Below, one piece after another: positions 11,631 through 23,980 of a stretch of DNA of 64,000 bases. Under the pieces are notes generated by a model. It did not search any database. It had not been told where the DNA came from and worked only from the letters and a program-made list of their open reading frames with translations. Source of the DNA: Blepharisma stoltei ATCC 30299. Its lineage: Eukaryota; Protista; Ciliophora. The stretch covers positions 744,001 through 808,000 of the forward strand of contig CBFDEM010000013.1 in assembly GCA_965603825.1 (NCBI GenBank). The letters are read 5' to 3'. Position numbers and translations under genes: made by a program. Numbering within the stretch: the first letter of the stretch is position 1; the number at the start of each line of letters is the position of its first letter.

Positions 11631-14600
11631 TTAAGGGTTATAATTACTTGTCATATGACGTTTCAAGCTTTGACTGCCTTTATGAATACTGCTTGCAAGA
11701 TGCGATGCTGGCTTATTATCATCTGTATGTATTTCAGTTTTGAATGGAACCAAAATAATTACAAATCTCCACACAATTGGAACAAATCCCCAAGCTATAC
11801 AAATAAACCACTGCTCAACAGTAAGACCGTCTAAATGGCAGCCCATAGCCCAACTCCCGACTTGGATCATAATAACTTGTACGCCAAAAGTGAAGAACCA
11901 TATAATAATAAACAGCCAACTTTGAAGCATATTTGACATGATGTTCCATTCCTCCAACAGTTTCCTTGAGTTTATTTCATTGAATAATTGAAATAGCACA
12001 AAAACGTTGAAAATAAAAGTCATCATCCTGCTTGGGCCTATATCAGGATCATTGTATAAGTCATAGTAATCTTTTTCACCATCAAAATGATAGTCTCTTC
12101 CTGACCTTACGTAATCTTCACTCTTTGGGTTGTATAAAATTCTTTTTCCTGAGCCATATTCAGGAATGAAGTATTCTCCTGCGTACATCATAGCAAATAA
12201 TATAGCGATCTGTATTATTGCTTGACCAAAAATTTGCTTAAACATTCTTGGGGTGATTATAAAATCTGACAAATTGTGAGGCTTTCTCATAAGCAATGCG
12301 TCTGTTGGGGGTTCAGTTGCAAGGGCTAAAGAAGCAAAAGTGTCCATAATTAAGTTGACCCAGAGAAGTTGAACAGCTGTTAATGGAGATTGCTTGATAG
12401 TGACAGCTCCTATAATAGCGCATGTGACAGCTACAACGTTCACAGTAAGCTGGAACTGAATAAATCTTTGAATGTTATCGTAAATGCTTCTTCCCCACAT
12501 CACAGCTTTTACAATTGAATTGAAATTGTCATCGAGTAAAATGATATCTGCAACTTCTTGTGCGAGCTCTGTTCCAGCAATTCCCATAGCAAACCCTACA
12601 TTTGCTTTCCTGAGAGCTGGGGCATCATTAGTGCCATCTCCTGTAACAGCAACAACACTTCCCATTTGCTTTAGTCCAGTCACAAGTGTATATTTATCTT
12701 CAGGCTGAGATCTCGCTAACACGTCAAGATGTCCAATGATCCTCTTAAAATTGTCAAAGTTCCCAACTACATCATTTCTAACTTTTTTATCTCCAGCATT
12801 TTTAGAGTTTCTAGGACAGTCGCATAGCTCAGTTTTGCATTCTTCACAGATAACTCCGCCGACTTCTTTTCTGAAATCTTCTCCAATCATAGCTATACTG
12901 TTATCATCAGCAATTCCTATACTTCTGGCAATAGCTAAAGCAGTTATAGGGTTGTCACCTGTAACCATTCGGACTTTTATAAAAGCATTTTTACAATCTT
13001 GGATAGCTTTGGTTACTTCATCTCTTGGAGGGTCGTAAATTCCGAAAATCCCCAGCAGTGTCAATCCATTTTTTTCAAGAACTGGGACACCTTTTTTGTC
13101 AACTTCGTTTAATTTATCCATGTCGTCTGCAGAGAGATCTTTGAAAGCAATTCCAAGAGTTCTAAGACCTTGTCCAGCCATTGTTTCAATGTCTTTCTTT
13201 AAGCTTTGTCTTCTATCTTCGTCTACATCAACCAAAGTAGCATCTAAAGTCAATTGTTTTTTGCTTGATTTCACAAGATACTCCGAAGCTCCAACGACAT
13301 ATATTCTTACCAGGTCTTCTGAGTATCCAACAACAACGCTTCCTCTTTTCCTTTTTGAGGCAAATGGATTTGTCACAAGAACGCTTTTTTGGACATTCTG
13401 TCTGATTTGCATATAATCATCATGTCCAAGTCCTAACAGCATCTTGACCATGGCTAATTCAGTTTTAGACCCAATTTCCTTAGGTTTTCCAAAATCATCT
13501 GTTTCAAGCCTTGCAGTAGAGGTCAAACATATGGCATCTTTTAAGAAAGCAAAGTAATCTTCATGCTTCTCAAACATGGTCTTAAATTTAGGCTGATCAT
13601 AAAGATTTCCATCAACTGAGTATCGTTGGACTTCCATGACATTTTTAGTTAGTGTTCCAGTCTTATCTGAACAAATGCAGTCTGCACCTCCCATTGTTTC
13701 GCAAGCATGAAGTCTTTTAACTAAATTCATGTCCTTTTGCATTTTTCTAACTGAGTAAGCAAGAGAAATTGTGACTGCAAGAGGAAGACCTTCTGGGATA
13801 GCGACAGCAATTACAGTTATTCCTACAATTACGGCATAGATCAAGTCAGTTATGCTGTCTCCAGTGTCCCATTCATTAGCTCCAGTGCCAAGTTCAATTA
13901 CAAATCGCAGCCACAATATTAAAACGACAAAGACACCTGCTCCTAAGCCGAGTCCTGAAATTCTATCAGCTAAATTCTCAAGCTTAATTTCCAAAGGAGT
14001 CATTTCTTCATCTTGTTCTGCAAGACCTGAAATTCTTCCTTCTTTTGAGTACTGTCCAACAGCAATTGCGACCATTTCCCCACTCCCTTCAACTACATTA
14101 GTTCCTGAAATTACAATAGGTGAAGGGATTTCTCTTTTTGCGTGATCTCCTTCAGCTCTTGTTCCTTTTTTCATCCATTCTTTAAGTCTCTTTAAGCACT
14201 CTTCGTGACCTTCTTTATCAACATTATCATTTTCACCAGTAAGAGCAGACTCATTTGTCTGTAATCTTTGAGCTTTAATTAGAATCCCATCAGCAGGGAT
14301 AATTTCTCCTTGAACCAGCTTTACAATGTCCCCAACTAATATCTCGCTTGGGTGCAGAGTAAGAATTTGTCCTTCCCTTATAACTGATAAATGAGCCCTG
14401 TTTTTGTGCATATTCTTCAGCTCAGAAAACTTTTTTTGTTTAAAGTAGTTGTTTGTTGATGATACCATCACAACAATGAAGACGGCCATTAAAATAGCAA
14501 ACCCTTCGATCCACGCGTATTCTGGATGATCTTCAAGTGTAGCGCCAATAATAAGACTTAACGTCCCCATGACCAGAAGGATTCTGAGGATCTTGTCACC

Positions 14601-14894
14601 TAGGGCATCCCAGCAAAGCTCGCAAAAAGTATCATTCTTTTTTTCTTCCCTTTTATTTGACCCGAAGGCATTTATTCTTTCTTCATTAATATCTGCGGCT
14701 TTGAGGCCTGTATCGAATTGCACGCCCAAAAGATCTTGAAAGGCATCAATTCCTCCACGCTCTTCAATTTTGGTAATTTCTTCATCGAATTTCCGATCCA
14801 TATATGTATCGACTAGCACAATTAGCTCTTCCTTTGCAATAAACTTAGAAGAGGCTAACAGTGTTCTTGATGCTTGTTCTGGTTGTTCAGCCAT
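11631..14894 (-). CDS. Plasma-membrane-type Ca2+-ATPase (P2B/PMCA), copy 1, 1087 aa
   Basis: Motifs TGE, PEGLPLAVT, DKTGTLT, VTGDN, TGDGTNDAPAL, LLWVNLIMDT. Start ATG 14894 placed by comparison with copy 2. Confidence 0.96.
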   Translation of the reverse strand: MAEQPEQASRTLLASSKFIAKEELIVLVDTYMDRKFDEEITKIEERGGIDAFQDLLGVQFDTGLKAADINEERINAFGSNKREEKKNDTFCELCWDALGDKILRILLVMGTLSLIIGATLEDHPEYAWIEGFAILMAVFIVVMVSSTNNYFKQKKFSELKNMHKNRAHLSVIREGQILTLHPSEILVGDIVKLVQGEIIPADGILIKAQRLQTNESALTGENDNVDKEGHEECLKRLKEWMKKGTRAEGDHAKREIPSPIVISGTNVVEGSGEMVAIAVGQYSKEGRISGLAEQDEEMTPLEIKLENLADRISGLGLGAGVFVVLILWLRFVIELGTGANEWDTGDSITDLIYAVIVGITVIAVAIPEGLPLAVTISLAYSVRKMQKDMNLVKRLHACETMGGADCICSDKTGTLTKNVMEVQRYSVDGNLYDQPKFKTMFEKHEDYFAFLKDAICLTSTARLETDDFGKPKEIGSKTELAMVKMLLGLGHDDYMQIRQNVQKSVLVTNPFASKRKRGSVVVGYSEDLVRIYVVGASEYLVKSSKKQLTLDATLVDVDEDRRQSLKKDIETMAGQGLRTLGIAFKDLSADDMDKLNEVDKKGVPVLEKNGLTLLGIFGIYDPPRDEVTKAIQDCKNAFIKVRMVTGDNPITALAIARSIGIADDNSIAMIGEDFRKEVGGVICEECKTELCDCPRNSKNAGDKKVRNDVVGNFDNFKRIIGHLDVLARSQPEDKYTLVTGLKQMGSVVAVTGDGTNDAPALRKANVGFAMGIAGTELAQEVADIILLDDNFNSIVKAVMWGRSIYDNIQRFIQFQLTVNVVAVTCAIIGAVTIKQSPLTAVQLLWVNLIMDTFASLALATEPPTDALLMRKPHNLSDFIITPRMFKQIFGQAIIQIAILFAMMYAGEYFIPEYGSGKRILYNPKSEDYVRSGRDYHFDGEKDYYDLYNDPDIGPSRMMTFIFNVFVLFQLFNEINSRKLLEEWNIMSNMLQSWLFIIIWFFTFGVQVIMIQVGSWAMGCHLDGLTVEQWFICIAWGFVPIVWRFVIILVPFKTEIHTDDNKPASHLASSIHKGSQSLKRHMTSNYNP

Positions 14895-15984
14895 ATATTG
14901 ATTATAGGCCTTCAAATATTGTACGAAAGAAATCAACACAAGGGGAAAAGAAGCAGCGAGAATCTAATTAGAGAAAGTTTATAAGCAGGACAAATGAATT
15001 TTGTAAGGATATTTTTGAATTCGGAAATTTTTGGTAAAGATTTTTTTGAGGGTGATGTTTTTATTTCTAACAGAAATTCACTGTCTTCTAGGAAAAGTGA
15101 AGAGAAGGGATTTCAGTAAAATTTCAGAAACAAAATTTCAAAATTGGATAAGATTATTGATTTTAGTCTAGATCATTGGAGGCTTGTACTCCAAAAATAT
15201 TGCAGTAACTGATATGTTTTTAAGCCGCAACAAGATAATCTGCACTGATGAGAAAAAGAATAGAGGTAGATATTGAATCCTTAATCGATTAGGGAAAACC
15301 CTAAGAAGAAGCTTAAGTGAAGAAGAAAATTTTGTATGGGCACAAAATAGAAGTTGACTATTTAACCGCAGAAAATGAGCGATTCAACCATTAATTTGAA
15401 GGTAATTTATTTATCTTTAAGCAAGTAAATTTCTTTAAGATACTATTGACTATCCCAAGTTTTTATAATTAGCTTGCAATTTTTTTACCTCCATAATTCA
15501 TTCTAATCCATCATTTGAGATAGAGCAACGTTATTTAAAAGCGATATCTCTAAAGAAATTCTGCTATTTAGAATTTATTCCAAACTATAGCTATAAATTT
15601 AATTGTTTAAACATCTTTAAATGGTGGACAGCATTATGATTATTATTATTATTATAGATTTGCCTTAAATTCAGAAAAGAGCATCACATAAAATTAAATA
15701 AATTAATAAAGAAAAACCAGCAATAATCAGGAAATAACCACTCAAAATTATAAAAATTCTGGAAACGAAAATTTTTTAATTATTTATATAAAGAGGAAAG
15801 GAGAAGAAATAATCTTTCAATCTTTTTTTGCTTGGCTATAAACTCATGCAATAATATTTATGTTTTATTTTTTGAATTGAAATAATGACCATAATATTTT
15901 ACGTGATATCTAAGATTTTAGTTAAATATTTATTCAAGCAATTATATAAAGAATAATTAGAATATTTAATAATCACTGAGATTA

Positions 15985-18900
15985 TTAAGGGTTATAATTA
16001 CTTGTCACATGGCGTTTCAAGCTTTGACTGCCTTTATGAATACTGCTTGCAAGATGCGATGCTGGCTTATTATCATCAATTTGTATTTTTGTCTTGAACG
16101 GAATCAAAATAATCAAAAATCTCCATACAATAGGTACAAATCCCCAAGCTATACAAATAAACCACTGTTCAACAGTAAGGCCATCTAAATGGCAACCCAT
16201 AGCCCAGCTGCCAACTTGAACCATAATAACTTGTACGCCAAAAGTAAAGAACCATATGCCCATAAATAGCCAAGTATGACAAATATTTCCTAAAATTCAC
16301 CATTCATCAAGTAATTTCCTCGAATTTATTTCATTGAATAATTGAAATAGCACAAATACATTAAAAATAAAAGTCATCATTCTACTTGGACCTATATCAG
16401 GGTCGCTAGAGTAGTCATAGTAATCTTTTTCGCCATCAAAATGATAGTCCCTTCCTGATCTGACGTGATCTTCACTCTTTGGGTTATACAAAATTCTTTT
16501 TCCTGAGCCATATTCAGGAATGAAGTATTCTCCTGCGTAAAACAATGCAAATAATATAGAAACTTGCATAATAGCTTGGCCAAATATGTGCTTAAACATT
16601 CTTGGGGTTATAATAAAATCTGTTAGGTTGTGAGGTCTTCTTTTTAATAAAGCATCTGTTGGAGGCTCAGTTGCAAGGGCTAAAGAAGCAAAAGTGTCCA
16701 TAATTAAGTTGACCCAGAGAAGTTGGATTGCCATAAGTGGAGATTGCTTGACTGTAACAGCTCCTACAATAGCGCATGTGACAGCTACAACGTTCACAGT
16801 AAGCTGGAACTGAATAAATCTTTGAATGTTATCGTAAATACTTCTTCCCCATTTTACAGCTTTTACAATCGAACTGAAATTGTCATCAAGTAAAATAATA
16901 TCGGCGACTTCTTGAGCTAGCTCTGTCCCTGCAATTCCCATAGCAAACCCTACATTTGCTTTTCTGAGAGCTGGAGCATCATTAGTGCCATCTCCTGTAA
17001 CAGCAACAACACTTCCCATTTGCTTTAGTCCAGTCACAAGTGTATATTTATCTTCTGGCTGAGATCTCGCTAGCACGTCAAGATGTCCAATAATCCTTTT
17101 AAAACTGTCAAAGTTCCCAACTACATCATTTCTAACTTTTTTATCTCCAGCATTTTTAGAGTTTCTAGGACAGTCGCATAGCTCAGTTTTGCATTCTTCA
17201 CAGATAACTCCGCCGACTTCTTTTCTGAAATCTTCTCCAATCATAGCTATACTGTTATCATCAGCAATTCCTATACTTCTGGCAATAGCTAAAGCAGTTA
17301 TAGGGTTGTCACCTGTAACCATTCGGACTTTTATATAAGCTGTTTTACAATCTTGGATAGCTTTGGTTACTTCATCTCTTGGAGGGTCATAAATTCCGAA
17401 AATCCCCAGCAGTGTCAATCCATTTTTTTCAAGAACTGGGACACCTTTTTTGTCAAATTCGTTTAGTTTGTCCATTTCATCTGCTGCCAAATCTTTGAAA
17501 GCAATACCAAGAGTTCTAAGACCTTGTCCAGCCATTGTTTCAATGTCTTTCTTTAAGCTTTGTCTTCTATCTTCGTCAATATCTACCTGTGTAGCATCCA
17601 AAGATAGCTGCCTTTTGCTTGATTTTACAAGATATTCAGAAGCTCCAACGACATATATCCTTACCAGGTCTTCAGAATACCCAACAATGACACTTCCTCT
17701 TTTCCTTTTTGAAGCAAATGGATTTGTTACCAAGACACTTTTTTGAACATTTTGCCTAATTTGCATATAATCATCATGTCCAAGAGATACTAACATCTTA
17801 ATCATAGCCAGCTCAGTTTTAGACCCAATTTCGACTGTATCATTTTTTTTATTTTTTTCAAGTCTTGCAGCTGATGTTAAACATATAGCATCTTTTAAGA
17901 AAGCAAAGTAATCTTCATGCTTTTCAAAAAGACTCTTAAATCTGGGTTGGTCATATACAGATCCATCAACTGAGTATCTTTGGACTTCCATGACATTCTT
18001 TGTGAGAGTCCCAGTTTTATCTGAACAAATGCAGTCTGCACCTCCCATTGTTTCGCAAGCATGAAGTCTTTTAACTAGGTTTTGCTCTTTTTGCATTTTT
18101 CTAACTGAATAAGCAAGAGAAATTGTGACTGCAAGAGGAAGACCTTCTGGGATAGCGACAGCAATTACAGTTATTCCTACAATTACAGCATAAATCAAGT
18201 CAGTTATGCTATCTCCAGTGTCCCATTCATTAGCTCCAGTACCAAGTTCAATTACAAATCGCAGCCATAATATTAAAACGACAAAGATGCCTGCTCCTAA
18301 GCCGAGTCCTGAAATTCTATCAGCTAAGTGTTCAAGTTTAATCTCCAAAGGAGTCATTTCTTCATCTTGTTCTGCAAGACCTGAAATTCTTCCTTCTTTT
18401 GAGTACTGTCCAACAGCAATTATAACCATTTCCCCACTCCCTTCAACTACATTAGTTCCTGAAATTACTATAGGTGAAGGGATTTCTCTTTTTGCGTGAT
18501 CTCCTTCAGCTCTTGTTCCTTTTTTCATCCATTCTTTAAGTCTCTTTAAGCACTCTTCGTGACCTTCTTTATCAACATTATCATTTTCACCAGTAAGAGC
18601 AGACTCATTTGTCTGTAATCTTTGAGCCTTAAGAAGAATTCCGTCAGCTGGAATAATTTCTCCTTGGACTAACTTTACAACGTCCCCCACCAATACTTCA
18701 CTTGGGTGCATGGAAAAATATTCTCCATTTCTCAAAACTGTTATAAGTGCTCGATTTTTGTGCTCATTCTTTAATTCAGAAAACTTTTTTTGCTTAAAGT
18801 AGTTGTTAGTTGAGGTTACCATGACAACAATGAAGACTGCCATCAAAATGGCAAAACCTTCAATCCAAGCATATTCTGGGTGCTTTTCCAGTGTCGCCCC

Positions 18901-19248
18901 AATTATAAGGCTTAATGTCCCCATTACTAAAAGGATTCTGAGAATCTTGTCACCTAGTGCATCCCAGCAAAGCTCGCAAAAGGTATCATTTTTTTTTTCT
19001 TCTTTTTTATTTGACCCGAAGGCATTTATTCTTTCTTCATTAATATCTGCAGTTTTGAGGCCTGTATTGAACTCCACACCCAAAAATTCTTGAAATGAAT
19101 CGATTCCTCCACATTCTTCAATTTTTGTAATTTCCTCATCGAATTTTCGGTCCATGTATGTATCCACTAATTTGATTAATTCTTCTTTGGCAATGAATTT
19201 AGAAGAGCCTAGTAGCATCCCTGATGCTTGTTCTCCTTGATCGGCCAT
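15985..19248 (-). CDS. Plasma-membrane-type Ca2+-ATPase (P2B/PMCA), copy 2, 1087 aa
   Basis: Same motifs and identical length (3264 nt) as copy 1 once TGA 16297-16299 is read as Trp. Confidence 0.96.
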
Positions 19249-20494
19249 TTATTGATTATAAGCCTTTAAAATTTGTTTGAAATAAGTCAACACAAATGAA
19301 CAGAAATTTTTATCAATCGAATAGAATTTGCTGGAATAGCTTCCCAGCAAATGATAAATGAATATTTTTGGGACTAGGAAAATTTTTAATTAAAAATCGA
19401 GCTTGAAACGAAATTTTATAGGGTAGTTTCATTTTGCTTCTAACAAAAATTGAGTTTTTGATAGGCTTGGCAAAGGGAAGTTTTATTAGTAAAATTTTAA
19501 AAAAATTCTTAATTAAGTACCCATTCGTGGAAATCTTTCTTTTGGAAGTTTACAATTCCAACATGTTGAGTTACTCATATATTTTCAGCTCCATTAAAGC
19601 AAAATCTGTCAATAATTAAAAGTTGTAAAAACGAACCGTAAATTACTTAGAAAAGACAATAAATTACTATTAGGATTATTGAAGCCTAATTTTAGATGTA
19701 AAAAGCGATTTTGATGCGAGTTTTAATCATTAAATTTCCTCTCTTTTAAAACATGGCTTGATGACTCAATTGCCATTTTGTAACAGTTTTTCTTTAATCC
19801 GAATTCCAGAATTCTAAAAATGGCTTGAAATTAAGATAAATAGCAAATCAAAACCCAGTTTTGCTTCCAAAACTTACTCAGCTGAGAATATTTACCCATG
19901 AAACTGCAAAATAATAAAGAGCGAATAGCTTAAAAAAGAATAATTTACATTTTTTCGCTATTAAAAATTAAACGAAGGATTTTTGTAAAGGATAAAAATC
20001 GAGGATTTAACTACATCCTTGAAATTAAACGAAGATATAGAAAGACATTGATTATGATAATTATGAACTGCTATCAAGTTGGATAGATAAGCACAAAGAA
20101 GCATTTTTTAAAAGTCGTTTTAAGAAAGAGGAAAAGGAGAAAAATTAATATTTCAATTCGATGCTGCTGAGCTATAAACTTAATAAAGCAAGATAAGAAT
20201 GTATGAAATTCATACTCTTTTTAAAAGAATGATTTCCAAAAATATCTATATTATTTAGCATTGACTACTCCTAAATATTCTAGCTTGATACTAAAACATC
20301 CATTAACGATTGATTACTAAATCTCACAAAATAAAAGCATACAAAGCAAAGCTGCCTGAGCTGATTCAAAGGAATAAAAGTAAAATTATTCCAAATCCAG
20401 CATAGTGTTCCTTTCCTTATGATTAATTAAAAAATCAATAATTTAATAATCAATCCATAAAAAATTAGCAATTTTAATTAGATATAACACAAAA

Positions 20495-20800
20495 TTAGCA
20501 TTCGTATTTTGTTTCTGGCCCAGTTTCTGTAGCAATCACTTTTTTAGTCTTTTTATTCCGAAAACAGCGGCAAAGGCCACTCGCAAAAATTGCAAATGAT
20601 CGACTTTTTACTTTTTGTTGGGAATCTTTGGGTTTTTCATCTGTATCCAAAGTGCTGTCTTTTTCTGTGATAATTGTTTGATCGAACAATGAATTAATAT
20701 TGTGTTTTGCAGAAATTTGTATAGATGGTAATCTAAAGGTTACCGGCTCTCTTGGGTCAGGATGAATCACTATAACTGGAGGAGTCAAGCTTCGATTCAT
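20495..20800 (-). CDS. Hypothetical protein, 101 aa
   Basis: ATG 20800 (MNRSLTPP) to TAA with coding-like composition. CRCF motif near the C-terminus (possible palmitoylation). Confidence 0.6.
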   Translation of the reverse strand: MNRSLTPPVIVIHPDPREPVTFRLPSIQISAKHNINSLFDQTIITEKDSTLDTDEKPKDSQQKVKSRSFAIFASGLCRCFRNKKTKKVIATETGPETKYEC

Positions 20801-21101
20801 ATTTAACAAATTTTTATTTGAGAACAATTGGAATTGATTGAATAAGATCTGAAGAATGCTATGCACGATAGATTATTTTATTTTTTGGTCGAGTGAGTGT
20901 GAGCTATAATTTTAATATCAATAAATTATTTACAATAAAAAGAGTGAAGTCTGCATTAAATTAGAAACATTTGATATTTATTTATAATAAACTACGCATA
21001 TTTAGTTGCTATGGCTCTCAAGTATATGAATAATAAAGATAAGAAGACTACTAAATTTAATAAATGAAACTGAATTTAATAAATACTTAAATAACCAGTT
21101 A

Positions 21102-23222
21102 TTAAATCATCCAATTAATATTTTTAAATTTTTTCCCATTATATCTATAGTTCTCGTTTTCTAAGTTCTTCAAAAGTCTTAATGTCGGTCTCCCATGAGG
21201 GCAGTTTCACGGCTGCTCTAATTTTGAAAGGTTTGCCACAATTTCTTTCATATGCCTCATTTCTAATGAATCTCCAATCATAACTGCTTTTCTGCAAGCT
21301 CTCGATGCAAACATAGCTCGATATTTATTTGGTCTTATAAGCCTTGAAATAGAATCTTCATCTTGTATAAAGCAAACTTTTTTAAGCTTTTCTATCATTT
21401 CATATAAATCGTCTGTGTCAAAAACTATATTTTTACTAATAGGAACAGCGCAAACAGTTAATCTCGATCCAGGCTCATTATTTTCATTATATTGTAATGA
21501 AAATCCATTAATTCTTAGTATTTGTAGATAATCAAGAAGCCAGACTTCATCACTTGGGCTCAACTTGAGAGGTTTTGGGATCACAAATGGCTGGATATCT
21601 ATAGAAGTTGACAGTTGGAGCGTCTCAAATTGGTATTTTTCATCAGCAGCGTGTTGGTCTATGATAAATAAATCATTTGTAGAGGGAAGCTGAGCCATAA
21701 TAAATCCTTTATTAAATTGTCCAAGAATTTCAAGCTTAGTAAACGTTGACTTATGGAATTCTGAAGATAAGCTAGGCACACTGATATCTGATTTTGCTGA
21801 GATTTCATTAAAAATGTCTGGAATATTCATAGGTGCTTCTTTCAATTTTGGTATTTCTCAAGTAATTTTTGAAAAATTCCAATCAATTGTGACTGCTTTT
21901 GGTTTTGAATTTATTGGTTTTAGTATGGCTTGAATTTTCTCTTTTGGAATTTCATGATCTATTTGCTCATTATGAATTTTTATTGGCTCAACTTGGCCTC
22001 TAGAAGCTGCTAACTGCATATCTATATCATTTGGCATCTCAATTACCTTTGCAGGCACTGCTTGGCTCTTCGAAATAGGCCTTAATGGTCCTATAGGCAC
22101 TTCGAAGAGTTTTGGCTTCTTATTTACTTCATCCTCATTTATACCTTTAAATCTTTTATATCCATTAAACGTAACATTTTCCTCTTGTGTACTCTCAATT
22201 TCTTTTTTTATAGGCAAGAATTGAATATTTTCTTTGCAAAGATCAAGGATCTTAATTCTGATTTCTCTAGCTAAAACCTCCTCATTCTGTATATAAACTT
22301 CTGTTTTATCAGGCGTCAAATTGCAATCATACCCTTCTTCAGCTTCAAAACAAATAATATAAATTGGAGCTTTCATTGAAAAATCCTTATACAAACTTGC
22401 TATAGCTCGTTTTATTTTAATAGGAATCCCAATGATTCTTTTATTAAAATAACAATATTGGAAATCTTTTTTAAATTTAATAGCACAATTCGGCTTGGAA
22501 ATATATCCATAATATTTTACATTATCAACTTCTCCGTAAAACTCATTCATAGATTTTTTAATGTCTCTTCCAAATAAATTAGCAGCTTGTTCTAATACAG
22601 ATTGAGCAGGCAGGCTATTAATTAATTCATCTCTGCGGCTCCCTTCAATATGTGTAAGCATAATTCTTTTATCAATATTTATAAGTGCATAGGCTTGCAC
22701 AAGTTCTATGATTTTTTTAAGGTAAATTTTAGATTTATTGCTGAGATCATTCAGTCTAACAGGAACATTGTTAAAAATATTGGTCACTTTTACAGTGGTC
22801 CCTATAGCTCTGCTAGCATCTTCTGTGATTTTTTCTATTATTCCATCATCTCCATATATAAGTTTATGTCCGATTTCTAAATCTTTATGCCGCGTAATTA
22901 TTTCTATTTTGCAGAGCTTAGAAATAGATGCAAGAGCTTCTCCTCTGAACCCCATTGTTTTTATAGTTTTTAGGTCATCAATTGTAGCAATCTTCGACGT
23001 AGCCCCTTTTAAACACAATTTTTGGTAGTCATTAGGATGAATTCCGACCCCGTCATCATATACTTCAATCCCTCCAATTCCACAATTGGTGAGGGTAACT
23101 CTAATAATGGTGCATTTTGCATCAATTGAATTATCAATTAATTCTTTCACTATTGCTGGCATATCAGGGATAGCCTGCTCAGCACATATTCTATTTGATA
23201 ATTCCCCTGTTAGCTTTATCAT
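21102..23222 (-). CDS. PMS2: MutL-family mismatch repair endonuclease PMS2 (yeast PMS1) homolog, 706 aa
   Basis: GHKL ATPase (KELIDNSIDA, DDGVGI, GFRGEALAS) plus DQHAADE, SRACRKAVMIG and P[W]NCPHGRPT. TGA=Trp at 21858 and 21207; stop TAA 21102-21104. Confidence 0.93.
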
Positions 23223-23287
23223 TTATCTTTTATAATTAATAAAAAGCCTTTATTTAAATAGCTAAATAAATTATTAATATAATTTCT

Positions 23288-23932
23288 CTATTCTTTATCA
23301 GGATCAATTCTCGATATTTCTCTTACAGCTTCCGAAAAACAATTAATAACAGCTGCATGATAATGCATTTCTGCATTAATCAAATGTGAGAGCATATATT
23401 TCAAATCCGTCACATGGGCTTTTTCATTCTCCCTAATACTTTTTTCCAGCTTTAAATTTGCATCTTGGACAGCTTTATCTTTATCCAAAACATTTGTCGA
23501 CGCCCTATGGATTTCTTCTGGCTTGATATCCCTTGAGTCAGGCCTTTCTTGGATTTTATTTAAAGTTTTGACGCTTTGCATCATTTCTTTGTCAGCTCTT
23601 TCTTTTACAGATAAAGAGCGCCTTTGGTCTTTGATTTTTACTGGATAAGCTTTTAAGGCTTCTTGGACGACAGTTTTCAAATGAATTACGCTGTCTCGGT
23701 GGGCTCTGTCGATCCCGTCTAGCGAAGTGGCATAGCAGTTAAAAGACATTGATAATGACCTATGGGTTTCTAAAGATCCGACCTCAAGCCATTTCTTGCG
23801 AAAAGCTCCTCGGGCGTGGATGATGTTTTCTTCTGATTTTACCATTTTTTTGAGAATTGAGTATAGTGCTGTGAATTCTGCAGATTCTTTGTCAAGTTTT
23901 TCTTTATAGCGTCTGCTTCTTTCGTCGGTCAT
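23288..23932 (-). CDS. BAR-domain protein, FAM92/CIBAR-like
   Basis: All-helical. ETHRSLS..YA..L..I and EKAHVTDLKYMLSHLINAEMHYHA resemble the FAM92 BAR signature (ET..L..FA; FEKQK..DIK.IF..FI.IEM.FH). Confidence 0.6.
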   Translation of the reverse strand: MTDERSRRYKEKLDKESAEFTALYSILKKMVKSEENIIHARGAFRKKWLEVGSLETHRSLSMSFNCYATSLDGIDRAHRDSVIHLKTVVQEALKAYPVKIKDQRRSLSVKERADKEMMQSVKTLNKIQERPDSRDIKPEEIHRASTNVLDKDKAVQDANLKLEKSIRENEKAHVTDLKYMLSHLINAEMHYHAAVINCFSEAVREISRIDPDKE

Positions 23933-23980
23933 TTAAAAATGGAATTTATTCAATGGGTTCATTATTTAATTTATTAACCG

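Larger units (their letters stand above)
11584..20185. repeat. Tandem duplication, about 4.35-kb unit (11584-15937 and 15938-about 20185), carrying the PMCA genes
   Basis: Constant offset of 4354 for the CDS and 3' flank. Similar 5' flanks. Residual intergenic similarity 15791-15845 vs 20126-20181. Confidence 0.88.

Noticed and set aside
15289-15304. TTAGGG-AAAA-CCCTAA hairpin as a telomeric remnant
   Set aside because: A single hexamer pair with no tandem telomeric array; compatible with chance.
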